From Takakia lepidozioides (taxonomy: Eukaryota; Plantae; Bryophyta): a DNA stretch of 64,000 nt. The position numbers and the translations under genes are program-made. The notes under the pieces were generated by a model. It searched no databases and was not told where the DNA came from. It saw only the letters and a list, made by a program, of their open reading frames with translations. The stretch lies in NCBI GenBank assembly GCA_030704615.1, contig CM060732.1:31372001-31436000 (forward strand). The letters run 5' to 3'. Every line of letters begins with the position of its first letter. Position 1 is the stretch's first letter. Below are positions 13,456 through 27,115 of this stretch, piece after piece.

Positions 13456-14207
13456 TGTCCAGGTAAGGGCTGAAAAGTTGGAAGGGTGTTGCCGTGAAAG
13501 AAGAAGACGAAGATTTGTTTCCTCGAGAAAACAGGAAAGAGAGATCGAGAGGCGTGATTACACTTTTTTGAAAGCGAGAGCTTTACTATTTATCTCTCAG
13601 TTCCTGGCTGACATCATGCGAATCCTCTCCTTCTCCTCTTCGTCTTCATTTGTCAACTCATCCGGCAAAGCGTAGGCACTGTGTCACGCGAAATTGAGTT
13701 GAAAGACTTTATGTTGTGTTCTGCCTCTAAGGATTGCAACTTCATGTGGGCCAGTCGTGTTTGATGAGTTTCTACACCGGGCAAAAAGGTTCCTGATGCT
13801 TTGCTCTTTGCTGCTACCGTGCTCGGTCTTCTTTACTGGCGATGTTTTATCGAAGTTGAGTTGGAAAGCTGCACGTCTGTGGTCTGCTCTCTGAAGCGTC
13901 TTCTTAGGATTGAACTCTATGCTTGCTTACTTTGCTCAGCCTGTGCTGCAATTGACGTGCTCGTTTACCGACTCCATGCGTAAACCTGTACTTTTCTCGC
14001 AATCATCATCGTATGGAGGTGACAATTAGTCTCTCGTATCTGTTTTATTATGGTGCTGTGGGAAACTCGAGAAACCCGGTATGCAATTCACGACTATGAC
14101 TTTAGAATGTTGTCGGAGACCTTGTTTGGAACTTTTACACTGGTTATGTGGATCTGAGCTAAGTTTCTGAGTCGGCTGATGTGAGGGGCAGCTGTCACGT
14201 AGAGGAA

Positions 14208-17200
14208 ATGGAGGATGTTGAAAATGCAAACACAGCACCTGTGTCAGGGGATTCAAATGACTGTAACGGGCGCCAAGAATCCTCGTTACTGTCACAAGCC
14301 AGCTCGGAAGACCTGGGTCCAAGCCACGGAACTCTCCAAGAATCGAAAAAGGGTACTGGGGTATTGCATATTGCTTTGTAACGATCTTACTTAAGTAGAC
14401 AGTAGACTAGAGTAGTAGTGAAGGCTACAGGAACGTGTAAAATTGATGAGAGCATCAAATTCATAATACAGCCCTAACAGACATTTCAAAACTCTGTGGC
14501 CAAAGTAGGCGCGGTTGTGAACCCGGTGTTGATAGACCTTGCATGCATTGGCAGTGTTTATTTTTCTCCTATAATTCTTTCTTGTTTGTGTGTCCGCGGG
14601 CCCTTTGGGCCGTGCGTAACAAATCTCTTTCTTCTTTCTTTTCTTCTCTCCCCTCCCCTGCTTTATCATTGGAAGTGTCGATAATTGCAATACTGATACA
14701 TACTTTCTTGGAATTATCATCGCCTCCTCACACAGAAGGGGAGTCAGGCGGTCAGCAGACTCCATTGCAACCAACTGATTCCCAGGCTCTTCCTCCCAGG
14801 GTTCCCCCAAAATCATTCCGTGTTCAGATGAGGAGGGACACACCTCCTCCTAGGCTTTACCATGCATCCTCCATAGAAGAAGGACACGAAGATTTTGACT
14901 CAGAGACTGACAACGAGGAGGGACTCTCTCGGATGTCCAGCTACAACCTGGGAGCTCATGGGCTTTCAGGTAATCTCCCCATTGCAGCCGATAAATCGGT
15001 GCCCATCCGACCTGGTCCAATTGGAGGCCTGCAAGGTTGGGATAGTGACGTACTTGACCTGCCTGTTGGGGAAGGGGGCCCAACCAACCGCAGAAAAACC
15101 TGCATTTTGAGCTTGGATGGTGGGGGTATGCGGGGCCTTATTGCCGCACGCATCCTATCTCGCCTTGAAATAATCATACAGGTAACCATACTTTCTATTG
15201 ATCCCCATCTTCTTCTGTTTTTACTTCCCTGCAATGGATCCAGTGGTGCTCTGTCTGCTTTCATAGATTTAGTTACCAAGATTGGCTTATGCCCCCCTGC
15301 CCCCTTCAGACTGTTCCCTCTCTTATTATGCTGGCAAGATGAGCAGCCCTTATCACTTGCAGTGAATTACAATTTGTTAAATGTACAAAAACACAGCTGC
15401 GACCAGCCAGGTTTAATCCAGGAACCTCTAAATTATGGTATTGATGTTGCCTCTTGTTGCCTCCTTTATGCCTATGACCTTCCTGTACTTGAACGTATCA
15501 CTACATGGCACATACACTAACTTGGGGCAGTAGATCAGGCCTGCAGACCCAAATGTATTTGCAGCCCATATAGAGCACATTGACTGTCGATTGATGTTAT
15601 TAAGACAGATGCTGATGAGACATTATTTTTTACAGGAGAAAGTGGGAGGGGATAAGGTGAGACTATGTGATTACTTTGACTTGCTGGCCGGCACAAGCAC
15701 TGGTGCCATTTTGACAACAATGCTGACCACTCCTGATGAGCATGGGGAGCCCATTTTTACTGCAGCTGGTTGCTGCCAATTTTATAGTCAATACGGGAGA
15801 CACATATTCCACTCCCGGTGGTTGGACCCACTCCATGGCTCACTGCGCCAGTTCTACCGGCCCAAGTACTCTCCCCGAAGATTTGAGAACCTTCTAAAGC
15901 ATTATTTGGTGCGGGATGGAAGGGAACTTACTCTGTTGGACACTCTGAAACCACTTCTGGTGACATCCTTTGACATCTCAGAGGCCACCCCCTTCTTTTT
16001 TGTGCGTCAAGCTGCTCTGAAAGACCCAAGTCGTAACTTTAGGTAAGCAGTTTTCATGGTTATGCAGTTGTAGTAGCAAGTTTCTTGAGATAATCCAACC
16101 AGAATTGCTTTTATTATAAACGCCTGTCCTGGAGAAATCACCCATGACTGTATCAGGACCCATACTACTCTGCTGCATGGAACTGATGAAGTCAGACTCA
16201 ACAAAAATGGTTGACTTGTCTTGTCCTCTCAGATTGACTATGTGAAATTCAAGACTGTAGTCCTCTTTCTTCTTTTGTTCCTTTGTTCTTTATAGGTCTT
16301 TGGATTCTTTTTTGATAGAGCATTCACGGTTGCATGGTTTGCGGTCTATCTTTTCATTCAATTAGTTAACCTCCGACCTAAGCTTGGATTTCTCCTCCCC
16401 TCTTATATAGAAACTCTTCTGTCCCTCTCTACCCATTTCCTTTTCAGTGCGGTAATTGAGTCTGTGACCACAGGGCTACAGCAAGCACGGTCTAACAAGT
16501 ACATTGCGCTCTTTGCTGAACAAACATGCTTCAACCTACTAATACCGTGGTAACTCTGGTTGTTAAGGCTTTGGGAGGTGTGTCGTGCAACTGCAGCAGC
16601 ACCTACATATTTTCCACCTGCAGTTGTCTCGTCAGTTGATGGCCAGGTCACTGGCATACTCATCGATGGAGGCGCTATTCAAAACAATCCGGTCTGGCCT
16701 TTCTCTGTTGCATAAATTTTTCTGAGATCCACTACTAGTAAGCTCAATCATCAGTCTTTGTGAATTATCTGTAAGCCTGAACTTTCCCACCATGGAGAGC
16801 CTTCGGAGGAAGTAAGACTGTCATATTACGTGTACATGCCCTGACAAGGGCTGGAAAGTCTGACTAAACTTACCTGCTTTCAGATTTTACTTGTCTCTCA
16901 TGTTGATTCACACATAGAACTGGTTTCATTTCTCACAGAAAAGGACCTTGTGTCCAGCCTCATTAGAGATTCCAAGAAGGCTGAATTTGGTTGTTCATTA
17001 TCCATTTTTTATGGCTGGGGTTTGGGGTTTGCAGGCATTGGTTGCCTCAACGCATGTATTGAGCAATAATGATGAGTTTCCAGAAGCCAATAGTCTGCAA
17101 GATATTCTGGTACACCCTACTTCCTCATGTTTTTTGATGCAACTTCCACTAGGGTGGAGACTTTTCTGTGAACTCTAATTGACCCAGGCATTTCTTTTTC

Positions 17201-18924
17201 TTAAGCCTTTGTCGATAACTGTACTAGATATACCCATTGCCTGTTTTCTGTGAAGTTCAGCTATGATGGAGACTTGTAGTTCCTCTGAGATACTATTGCA
17301 CCTGGGACTCGCTGTGAAGCTTACCATATTCCACACACTCCGATAATTTTGGCACATCACTATGAAGTACGGGGGACAGTCTGTTGGCTGGCAACAAAAT
17401 GTACGATTTCATGCTAGCAGTGCTACTGCGGCTCTCTACCAAGGACGTGTGACATATGGTGGTGGGTGCATAGTCAGTCACTAATCATAGCTACTATGAA
17501 TGCATCCTGTGTAGCAACATGAGCATTTACATTGACAAGTCTGAATGTATTTTCCAGCACAGCTAGGCTAGTTACGGTTTTGGGGGCTGCAGATATTATC
17601 ACTGGGTGCTGGTCAGATGGACGAGAGACATGATTTGAAGAAGGCCAAAAAGTGGGGAATGGCAGGCTGGGTGCGCCCCATCATGAACATTATGATGGAT
17701 GGCTCTGCTGGTATGTTCTCTTGTGTTTTCATTTGTTCAGAAGGAAAGGCGATTGCATCCGGAACTTTGGCACTTAAGGTAGCACGTAACCAGATGGAGG
17801 AGATGAGGTTGAGCAAAATCTCTAGGTGAAGACAGTTCACATTCTTCTGACTACGACAGAAGACCATTTTGCCATGACCGGACCGCAGTTTAATGTTTTT
17901 GGGGCAATCAAGCCGCATATGCCATGCAGAAACTGCAATTGTTAGGCTATGTGGGGTGGAACCAACCGAAAGATGTTCTTTGCATTCTATCCTTGTCGTA
18001 AAATTGCAAATAGGAAAGAGGGGCTCTGCGCCAGGCCCTTAGTAAACCCACTAGGGCTTTAACAGAATGGGCTTTGGGAGGTCCACCTGTATTTTGCAGA
18101 TACTGTGGATTACCAGCTAGCTGCTGCCTATGCTGGCAACAACTGTGCTGAGAATTATCTCCGAATACAGGTACAAGTAAATGTCGTTTTTGAAGCTTGG
18201 CACTAACTGAGTTTTGAGGCTCTTAGGTGTTGTGTCTCTTAAATGTTAGTTGAATCTTGTTGTGGGAGATCTACAACTGTGAGCTTGACACACCCTTCAG
18301 TCTGTGAGACACGAGTTCTTGAATAGCCAGTTGTGAGGTTCACGCAGGAGGGTATAAAATTTGGCCAAAATGTTTGTGCTATTCTCACACAGCTTAAGGC
18401 AATCTGGGTACAAAAGAGAAGTGTAATGGTTTGCCAGTAGTCAGAAAGAAAAGGTGGAACAAAGTCGTGATGGTGGAGGTATTATTGTTGTCTCACTTGC
18501 ATGGGATGAAGATGGAGGAATGCAGTACTGACCTGGATGGGTTAGGGGTTGACAGCTTTCAGGCCTGCCGAATAAGACTGCACTCATGGATTGTGCAACC
18601 AAGGAAAACATCAGCGATTTGATCAACTGTTCTGACGAACTGTTGCAGCAAAAGGCAGTGATAAGGAATTCTTATGGTGAAAAAGTGACATTAGAAGAGA
18701 CCCATCTGGAGCGCCTTGGATGGTTTGCAGATCAACTCATATTGCAAAAGAAATTGCGTGAGGAAGGTCCCAAGGATCCAACCTTTTCCGACCATGCACT
18801 ACCACCTTATTTTAAAGAAGGGCTTGGCCCTGCCAGCCGCCTAGTCTCCCCTCTCTTTGCTCATATGTTTGAACACCATAATGTTTTTGGGGAAAATAAT
18901 AAAGCTCGATCCTTTCGATTTTAG
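14208..18924 (+). CDS. Patatin-like phospholipase (pPLA), 8 exons
   Basis: Exons 14208-14352, 14736-15181, 15636-16042, 16568-16691, 17035-17109, 17593-17710, 18100-18170, 18556-18924, all GT-AG and in phase. Motifs ILSLDGGGMRG, DYFDLLAGTSTG, ATAAAPTYFPP, IDGG..NNP, LSLGAG, NYLRIQ. Confidence 0.93.
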
Positions 18925-20157
18925 TCAGCTGTTTGAGTTGGAATGTGTGCGTGTATTTTGCTTGTTAGGAAGAGGCCCAAGAAAACAAGAGGATTGTGGG
19001 AGCATTCCACATAACAATCTTCAAGAGTGTCAAATCTCGGGAGGAAGGGAGGAAGTGGTTGTGGTTGGGAACCCTTTGGTTGAATGTTATACTGCATCTG
19101 GAAACTACACACGTCTGCATCCAGGACACATTAGATACTAAAGAAGGTGATATAATAGAATCAAGTAAAATTGGCTGAATTTGCAACTTGTACTAACATT
19201 GACATATCTGCATTTTGAGTGGATCCTTCATTTTCAACCCACCATAGCTCCCTTTGGTTGGGTGCATCTGCACGATCTTCGAAGTGATCTTGCAGAGAAT
19301 CAAAGTTGGCTTGCTGATGGCAGTGGCAAATTGGCCACAAAAAACATCCAGTTTTTATGGCTGTTCCATACTGAAAATCAACTCTTTACCAAGTTACTCC
19401 TGCTCAGAATTATTATGATGCTAAGTACAATAATAGCAGTAAAAAAAAGAAAAGCTTTTATCAAAATAAAAATAAAATAAAATAACAGCGGTAACTATAA
19501 GCCTGACTACTACAAATTCTTTAACCGGAGTAGTAAATAGAGGTAATTTACACAAATTTAGCATGCAGTGTTAAAGTTATTTATGCGAATTAATTCTAGG
19601 TCAGAGTTGATAAAAAGAAATGCCTCTCATTTTACAATAATTGGGACGTTATGGCGCACGCGCTGACCGGTGGGCCCCGCGCACGGACGCCTGGCTCCCC
19701 CCATCCGGACCCCCCGCTCGCCCGCCGCTGCGCGCAGTTGCCTACCTGCTGCCGCGGCCCACCAGCCGCGCACGCGGCAGCCCCGCCCCTAGTCCGGCAC
19801 GGCCGGTCCGCTGCCCGTGAGTCCAGTTCCCCTCAGTCCGCCAAACCGCCAGTCTGCCGGCCAGTCTGTTGTGCACGCCAGTCCGTTGTGCCAGTCCCCG
19901 CAAGTCCACCCAACAGTCCGTTGTGCCCGTCTGCTGCCCCCAGTCTGCCAGTCCGCGCCGGCCGAAGATCTGGATCGTCCATTCTGAGAAACCCATCCGC
20001 GCCATCCATGTTTAGGGCATGGAAGATCGTAACACCCTGCCACGAACTCGCCCACTCGTTCTTGTTGTCTCGTTCTTGCGGCTCTTTGTTGTCCAATGTT
20101 GCGGAGGTGACTTTGCACGCATGCGGCTGTTCTTCTTGTTTATGGCGATTTTAATGA

Positions 20158-23100
20158 CGATGAAGGGTGTGCCTGAACATGAGAAGGCTGGCGGGGCTCT
20201 ACAGCCACCATCGTGCATATGCTTCCACTATTTTCGCCTTTGTTTTGTGCTGACGTGCTTATTTTTTAGGACGATATGTGGAAAAATTGCATGAGTTTAC
20301 GGTTTGTGGTGTGTGTCCGAGTCCGAGCTCCTTCGTATGGAGCAGGAAACCATTGGTAATACGATAGCGGAAATCGCGGAAGCATATGCACGTGGGGGCG
20401 TGTATACATTGCAGAATTTATGTCCATCGATAAGACTGTTCAGGGGAGGACGTCTCTGCCACCACATGTCTGGGAACTGCGGAGAGTGTGAACGGATCAG
20501 GATCCAGTCCGAAGGTCCTCAAACATCCAGATGCACCTCCTGAAACATCACATCTCAACCACTACCGTCTCCTTGAAAACTGGACAATGGGAAAGGAGAC
20601 GTAGCCTGAGAGATGTTCACGTTGTTTGTGGATGTTCGAGGTCCTTACGACTGCAAATGCGCGTGGATCAACAGGCTCTTCGACTGCATCTTTGTCAGTA
20701 CTTTCTCTAAGCAGTGTATTGTGCCATGAGTATGGGCATATGCAAGTCTGCTGGACGGATGAAATGCAACCACGGCATGACGGCGACACCAAGCGTGGTT
20801 CTGATGGGATATCAGTCTGGTCTGTAAGGATACAAGTCGGGTGTGGCGCGAGTCTGTTCTTCACTGGACTACTAGGCCGTCATTGCCTGCCGAATTCCGA
20901 AGTGTCTTCTCTCGTCTTATCCCCGAAGTCTCTTCTCTCATCAGATTGTTGAACCGTTGGTCAGCTGGAAGTCCGTCTCTTCGGATATGAGTCCGTTTAA
21001 CTACTACCTTTTAATTATCCGCATTGTCGTGAGTCTGCTGAGCCGTCGGACTGCTGGTCTGTCTGTCTCTTCTGATATCAGTCAGCTGGACTGTCACAAA
21101 GTCAGTCTACTGTGGCGCAAGTCTGTTTGCGCTGGGTCTGTTGAGCCGTCATTATTATCACGTGTAAGTCTGCTGGATATATTAATGCAACGACGGGGGG
21201 AAGGGGCGCGAGTGATCTCGCGCCACGTCCGAACTCGGACAGAAAGTGCGGTTTACGGTTTACTCCCGTATCACCCGGCCGCCTAGGGGATACTTTGTCT
21301 TTTGGGATATTAGTCTGTTAGAAATCAGTTTATTGTCGCGCAAATTACTCTGCGCCAGTCTCTTCGTCAGTCTGTTGAACCTTCCGTCTGCTGGACTGTC
21401 CGTGCAGTGGCATACGAGTCTGTTGTTGCGCAAGTTTGTTTGCAGTGGGTCTGTTCGCCGTTATGTCATTAGGTTTAAGTCTGCTGGACGCAATAAATGC
21501 AGCGACGGCGGTAAGGAGGCCCAGTCAACGTCGCGGCACGTCATCAGACTCCGCACCAGACTCCGCACTCGCCTTAGGTTCCTCTCTTCGTCAGTCCGCT
21601 TAACCTCAGTCGTCAGTCTGTCCTTGCGGTGCACTATGAGTCTTTTGTCGAGGGTACTGGTTCTGCTCGACCCATGTCTTTGTCATCAGGAGTAAGTCTG
21701 CTGGACTTAATGCATGCGACGACGGCAGACTGATGATAGTCCCACTCATCCCGTCTGCTGGATTGTCCGTGCAGTGGCATACCGCCGCCAGCACGTGTGA
21801 GGGGTCTGCAACTATTTAATGCGATGGCCGGCCAAAAAAAGGGGCGCCAGTGAAATCTCGCCACGTCACTCCGCACATGCAGGGTTTACCTTGTTCTGCA
21901 CTTCCCACTGGACTTCTTTCGCACTGTTTCGTTTAGGCCCGTCCACTCCCATTTTGTGCGAGCCCGCTTTCCTTTGTGCGTGTTAGCTTTTTGAGGCCGG
22001 ACATTGCGTGAGCACCGAATCGTCGCAACAACCGTCACCTGTTGCCCGGTGAGCTTTCCCTCTTTGTGCTTTGTGCCTTTGGTTCTTTCCATTCTCTTTT
22101 CCGCTCTTCTCTGCTTTCTTATCTTAGTCCCCTGTCCTTCCTCCTTGCGCTGCAGCTCTTGTCTGATTCTACAAGCCATGGAGGATGCTTGCAAAGGGTG
22201 GAGCAGACTGGTTGCATTTCATGCACAAGTCCAGGCTAAAGGAGTGAAGGTACTGGTACTCACCTGAGAGTATGATGCGAAAATAGTCGAAGCATTCTTA
22301 GACCTCCGCGCAATCAAGCCTGCAGACTCCACTGGCAGAAGGATAAGCTCCACTGTCCCTTCTGTAGTGAAATTATCAAGGACAAAGTGCAACTAAAACC
22401 GCCATTGTGTTGACACGGGTTGCAAAAATAAGCGCGCTATATCCCACTGGCTTCAAGCCGTGGCAAGTTCAAAGTTCAATGAGGTGGTGAATGCAGCCAC
22501 CGCCAGACTCCGTGGCGCAACCCAAAGGCCCGCACTTTGGCGGCGGTGCACGCAAGCGTATAGGGTGGGTTCGGATGTTTCAATGCAAGATGTGCATGAA
22601 CCTGACATCGCCATCGCCTGTGGCTTCCCAAAAAAGGAACTTAGTAATGGGCCCAGAGAAGGAAAGAGAAAAGGCTGCAAGGTTTTGCTCGGGAGGCGAG
22701 GCAAAATCTCAATAGCAGACTCATCCCCAAGGCAGTCGGGAAGTGTTACGGGCTGTGCCAGGGAGACGGTCTATGCAGCAGATGCAGACCATCAGTACTT
22801 TGAGTGAGAGCCAGTCTGTTGAGCCGTCTGCAGACATCATTTGGATTGATGAATTTGCAGGTCTGGGAGGTGTCTCATCTCCCGTCGACATTGTCTTGCC
22901 TGACCAGTCAAGGGTTCACGTGGATGAAGTCCAGTCGAAAGAGACTACCAGTGGAGTTCTTCCTGGCACATTTCGCCTCATACCATTTGGGCTTCTCCCA
23001 TCGTGTGCCCACCAATGGACGATCCAGACTTCTTCCGTTTTTTCTACAGTTTCGCCCAGTCCGGACAGCTCAACAGAACCATCCGAGCAGCGGAGGAAAG

Positions 23101-26100
23101 TTGGTTGAGCTCCCTTGACGATGAGGAGGACGTCTGTGTCGATGACAACGATGAGGTAATGCCCAGTCTATCCCCACAGTTGGTAGTCTGTTGTAGTCTG
23201 CTGCGTCTCCTCCTGCAGTCCACTGTGTGCAAGTGTCTGTTGTCATAGAGTCTGCTGGTTCAGTCTACTATACGTGCGCAGGTATCTCTTGTCGTTGAGT
23301 CTGCTGGAGTCCCCTGGTTCCTTTGTTCTGTGCCACGATGCTCGTGAGTCTACCTACTCGGTCTGCTGCGTCAGTCTGCTTGTGGACTTGCTCGTCAGTC
23401 CCTGGAGTCCGCTGGTTCCTTTGTTTTGTGCCACGATGCTCGTGAGTCTGCTCGTGAGTCTGCTGCTAGTAAGTCCGATGCTGAGTGTTTTGGTTTTCTG
23501 GCATATACCAAGATGAACAAGCCAATAGTTGGGAGGCCTTGTGTGCTTGGCGGACGGTGAGCTCCGACCCTCCTTTAGCAGTGAATGCGGTGCACCGGGA
23601 AGTGGAGCGGGTGCGGGAGTACATCTTGTTTAAGTACCCTGGCTCAGTAGACGCCATAGCAGCACTGGACTCTGCAAACAAAACACGCGCCAACTCCCCG
23701 GTCAACACCATACTCACTACAAACTGGGTGGACACAGACCTCACCCAATCTGGTATCTAGCATACTCTTTCCCAGCAGACTCACAGTCAGCACAGTCTTG
23801 TCCAGCACACTCCCATGTACCAAACTCTCATCCAGCATACTCTCATCCAGCAGACTGCTATTCAGGAGACTCCCAACCAGCAGACTGCCACCCAAAAGAC
23901 GCCCATCCACCACACTGCTATCCAGCGGACTCCCAGCCAGCAGACTCTCATTGTCATGACCACCACGGGACTTTTTGGAGTTTGGCGCTTGCCATTGCCG
24001 CTCATTGATCCCGAAGCTGTGGACCTGACACTTGCCCATCTGAGGGTGGGGGAAGTCAATGCCAATGTGGATTGGTATAATGAGCTCCATCGCATTGTCA
24101 CGGATGGCCGGTGGCCTTTTGTTCCCTTTCATTATTCCATGGAATTTACTATGGCAGAAGCGAATGAAGTCCTCGAAAGCGCACATTCTGTTGCCCTGGC
24201 AGCCACGAAGGTCCAAAATGCCCCGCCACTGCTTGTCCAATTAATCCTCATGGATGACCCACGGCCTCAGGAACGCAGACATATGCCCATGGCACATCCT
24301 ACCTTTGGGGTGCGGGGAAAGCACTTGCTTGGAATTACTAAAGAGTACTTTGATCGCATTGCTAATTCTTTCCTTCACCATCGATGGATGCAGTTCGGCA
24401 ATTTCCGTTCATACAGTAAATTGGTAAAGGACCTGCAAAGTTTGAGGAAGTATTTGCTTCATTCAGATTCAGATGCGGGTAAGAAGAGTGTTGTGGATGA
24501 GGCGTTGCAATGGTTTGTTGCGGTAATGGAGTGGGCAGTGTTCGATATTGTGTTGAACAGACCGGATGTCTTCAAAGTCCTTTGGTGCGGCTCACCATTT
24601 GAAAACCGCATGCCAGCGATTCGCCATCTCGATGCAGCATGCTTGGGACGCCAAATCCAAGATATTGGTCTCATTGGCAACCTCCTAGAAGGTAATGCCA
24701 ATTTCTTCTGGACCGTTGTGAAGTTCATGGTCTTTTCTTCCACCATCCTGTCAGACTCACTTTGTCCAACTCATCTGTTTCAGGAATGTCCGATTTAGAC
24801 GAGCACGTGCAGTGTGCTTTTGATTCCCTTTCCAGAGGTGCACGAGAAGTTGTGTTGGTGTTACAGGGACTCCATGACACCGTTCAGCAGACTGCTGACG
24901 ACACCATTGCTCAGCAGACTGACCCACTGCAATAAAAAGAGCATGGACAGACTGTCAACACTATCCCAGCCATTGTTCAGGAGAGTGGGCGCACTACAGG
25001 CCACACCGAGGACGAGGAGACTCATGAGCAGACCGGTGAGCAGACTGAAGGACTGCCTCTGCACCAGACCGTGCAGCATACCGATGACGTCACTGTCAAG
25101 CAGACCGTCCAACATACCAATGAGCAGACCGGGCTGCAGACGGATGACCTGGCTGTGCACCAGTAGACTGTGCAGCATACCATTGAGCAGACCGTCCAGC
25201 AGACTGAAAGCAGTCACCACAATGACAATGCCCTGCAGACTGTCCAGCAGATTTGCGACCACACTGACTCGGAGGACCCAACTACACTTCCTGTCCACCA
25301 GTTCGGATCCTGGCTCGTTGAACAGAGTCGGCTGCACTGGCCTCAACGGGACCCTGTCTCTGAATTTCTGCGGAGTTCTATCAGTGCATTGACGGAGTCT
25401 TCTTTTCCCACCGGGCCATCTTCACATATTGGCACATCGTTTGAGGATATAAGTCGGGCACTGGTAAACCAACTCAACCCCATATCATTGACCTTACTGA
25501 AGAACTACACGATGTAGTTGCCGCGGATAATTCAGATGTCGGCGATAGTCAAGCTTTTTCTGCATCAGACCCTGAAGACACAGTTGACTTGCAAGTTGAT
25601 AGATTGATCTCCTCCCTGCAAGAGCAGACCGACCACGAGAGTGACCACGAGGCTGAACAGCAAACTGACCAGAGCAAAAAGCAGACTGAGGACAGTGAGT
25701 AGCAGACTGACGCTGAACATGGTCCTCTGAAGGAGGGCCAACATGCCATTCGCCCCGCCCACGAGAATGTCCACCAGACTCGACAGCAGACTGACCACAG
25801 CGGCGAGCAGACTGAGCAGCAGACAGGCCAGACTGAGGACACTGAGCAACAGACTGATGCCGAACATGGACAGACTAAGGGCCAACATGTCGTTCCCCCC
25901 GCACACGAGAGTGTCCACCAGACTCGACAGCAGACTGACCATAGCGGCGAGCAAACTGAGCACCAGGCTAACCGCTCTGAGCAGCAGACTGACGATAACA
26001 TTGGACAGACTGAGGGCCAACATGTCGCATACACAGAGCCTGTCATAATGCCCTTGGCTACAGCAGGTCCGGACTTGGGCGTTCAAGCAGGGGAGCAGTC

Positions 26101-26133
26101 TGCCCAGTCGCTTCCTTCCAATGACGCCGTACA
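20158..26133 (+). pseudogene. 5' exons of the MULE accessory gene(s): unknown domain plus acidic Q/T/E/D repeats
   Basis: Long open frames with few stops (22150-22800, 23500-23752, 23970-24729, 24866-26133) separated by AGTCTG-rich intron-like DNA. No family recognised. Confidence 0.5.
25620..26040 (+). repeat. Coding tandem repeat, ~135-144-bp units (QTDH..EQQT..EHGQTEGQHV)
   Basis: GGGCCAACATG recurs at 25735, 25879 and 26014; CCACCAGACTCGACAGCAGACTGACCA occurs twice, 144 bp apart. Confidence 0.8.
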
Positions 26134-26198
26134 GGTTGTGCCCTGCTGTCTTCCACCTCTGTGATTTCAGATTTATGTTCAATTTTTGTGTATTGACA

Positions 26199-26840
26199 CA
26201 CTACAGGAAAAGGGGGGCCTTTGCGACGCCCGCGCCATGCCGCAGCGTCGGGAAAACGCCCCTTTCGGGCACGCGGGAGCCGCAGAATTTGCGACGCCCG
26301 GCCGTCGCCCTATAGTCGCAAGGGCGTTTCCAAAATGACGTCGCAAAAATGCGACGTATGGAGGTTGCGAGCCCCCGCCCCAACTCCCGCGACTGCCGGA
26401 CGTCGGTTTTTCAGGCCATCCGCGCCGATGGCAGGAGCCTCTTCAAGCGACGTCTCGCCGCGCTGCCCTCCAGCCGACGGCGTTGGTGGGGGCGCCGGCG
26501 CGGCGTCGCATCCCTTTTTTTTTTCCTAACCTGACCGGGAGTCAGCCGGCTGGTACGCGAAGCGACGCTCGTGCGTCACTGCCAGCGACTATTGGGCATG
26601 GCACAAAACACCAAGAGTCGGTCTCCGCCACGCCCGGGCGTGGGTTGTTGCGACGCTCCGGCGTCGCGTTTTTTTTTTAATTTAAAAAAAAAAAAATGGC
26701 GCAGGCAGGTGGCAGTCTCCGGACTAAAAAACACGTCGCAGGGGGTGTCGGGCGTTGCTGCCCGCAAATGGGGTTTGCGATGCCCAACCGTCGCTTCTTG
26801 CGACCCCCGCCCAAAAAACACGTCGCGCTACAGTCGCGAG
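26199..26840. repeat. CACTA left TIR and subterminal repeat array
   Basis: Many direct and inverted copies of TGCGACG(C)CC / CGTCGC. Confidence 0.85.
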
Positions 26841-27115
26841 GGCAGCCTGGTGGGGGGGGTTGGGGGTTCATTTTGGGGGTGAATTGGGGGTGGTTTTTGT
26901 GTTTTTCCTGGTTTTGTATTTGGGGATGGGAGAACTTACAGTTCCATTTCTCTGAGTTAGCAGGTACACAATTGAGCAAGCATGAATCGAGGGTGAGGAC
27001 GTTGCGACACTTGAATAAGATGGAAGATGGAAAGATGGAAATATATTTACAAGACATGAGCTGAAAAGCTCACAAGGGTTCAGTAGACTGACCCTGGGAC
27101 CTACATGGACTAGGA

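Noticed and set aside
26200-27060. Many overlapping Arg/Gly/Pro-rich ORFs (also 19651-20154, 51769-52355)
   Set aside because: GC-rich terminal and subterminal repeat DNA; no protein motifs.
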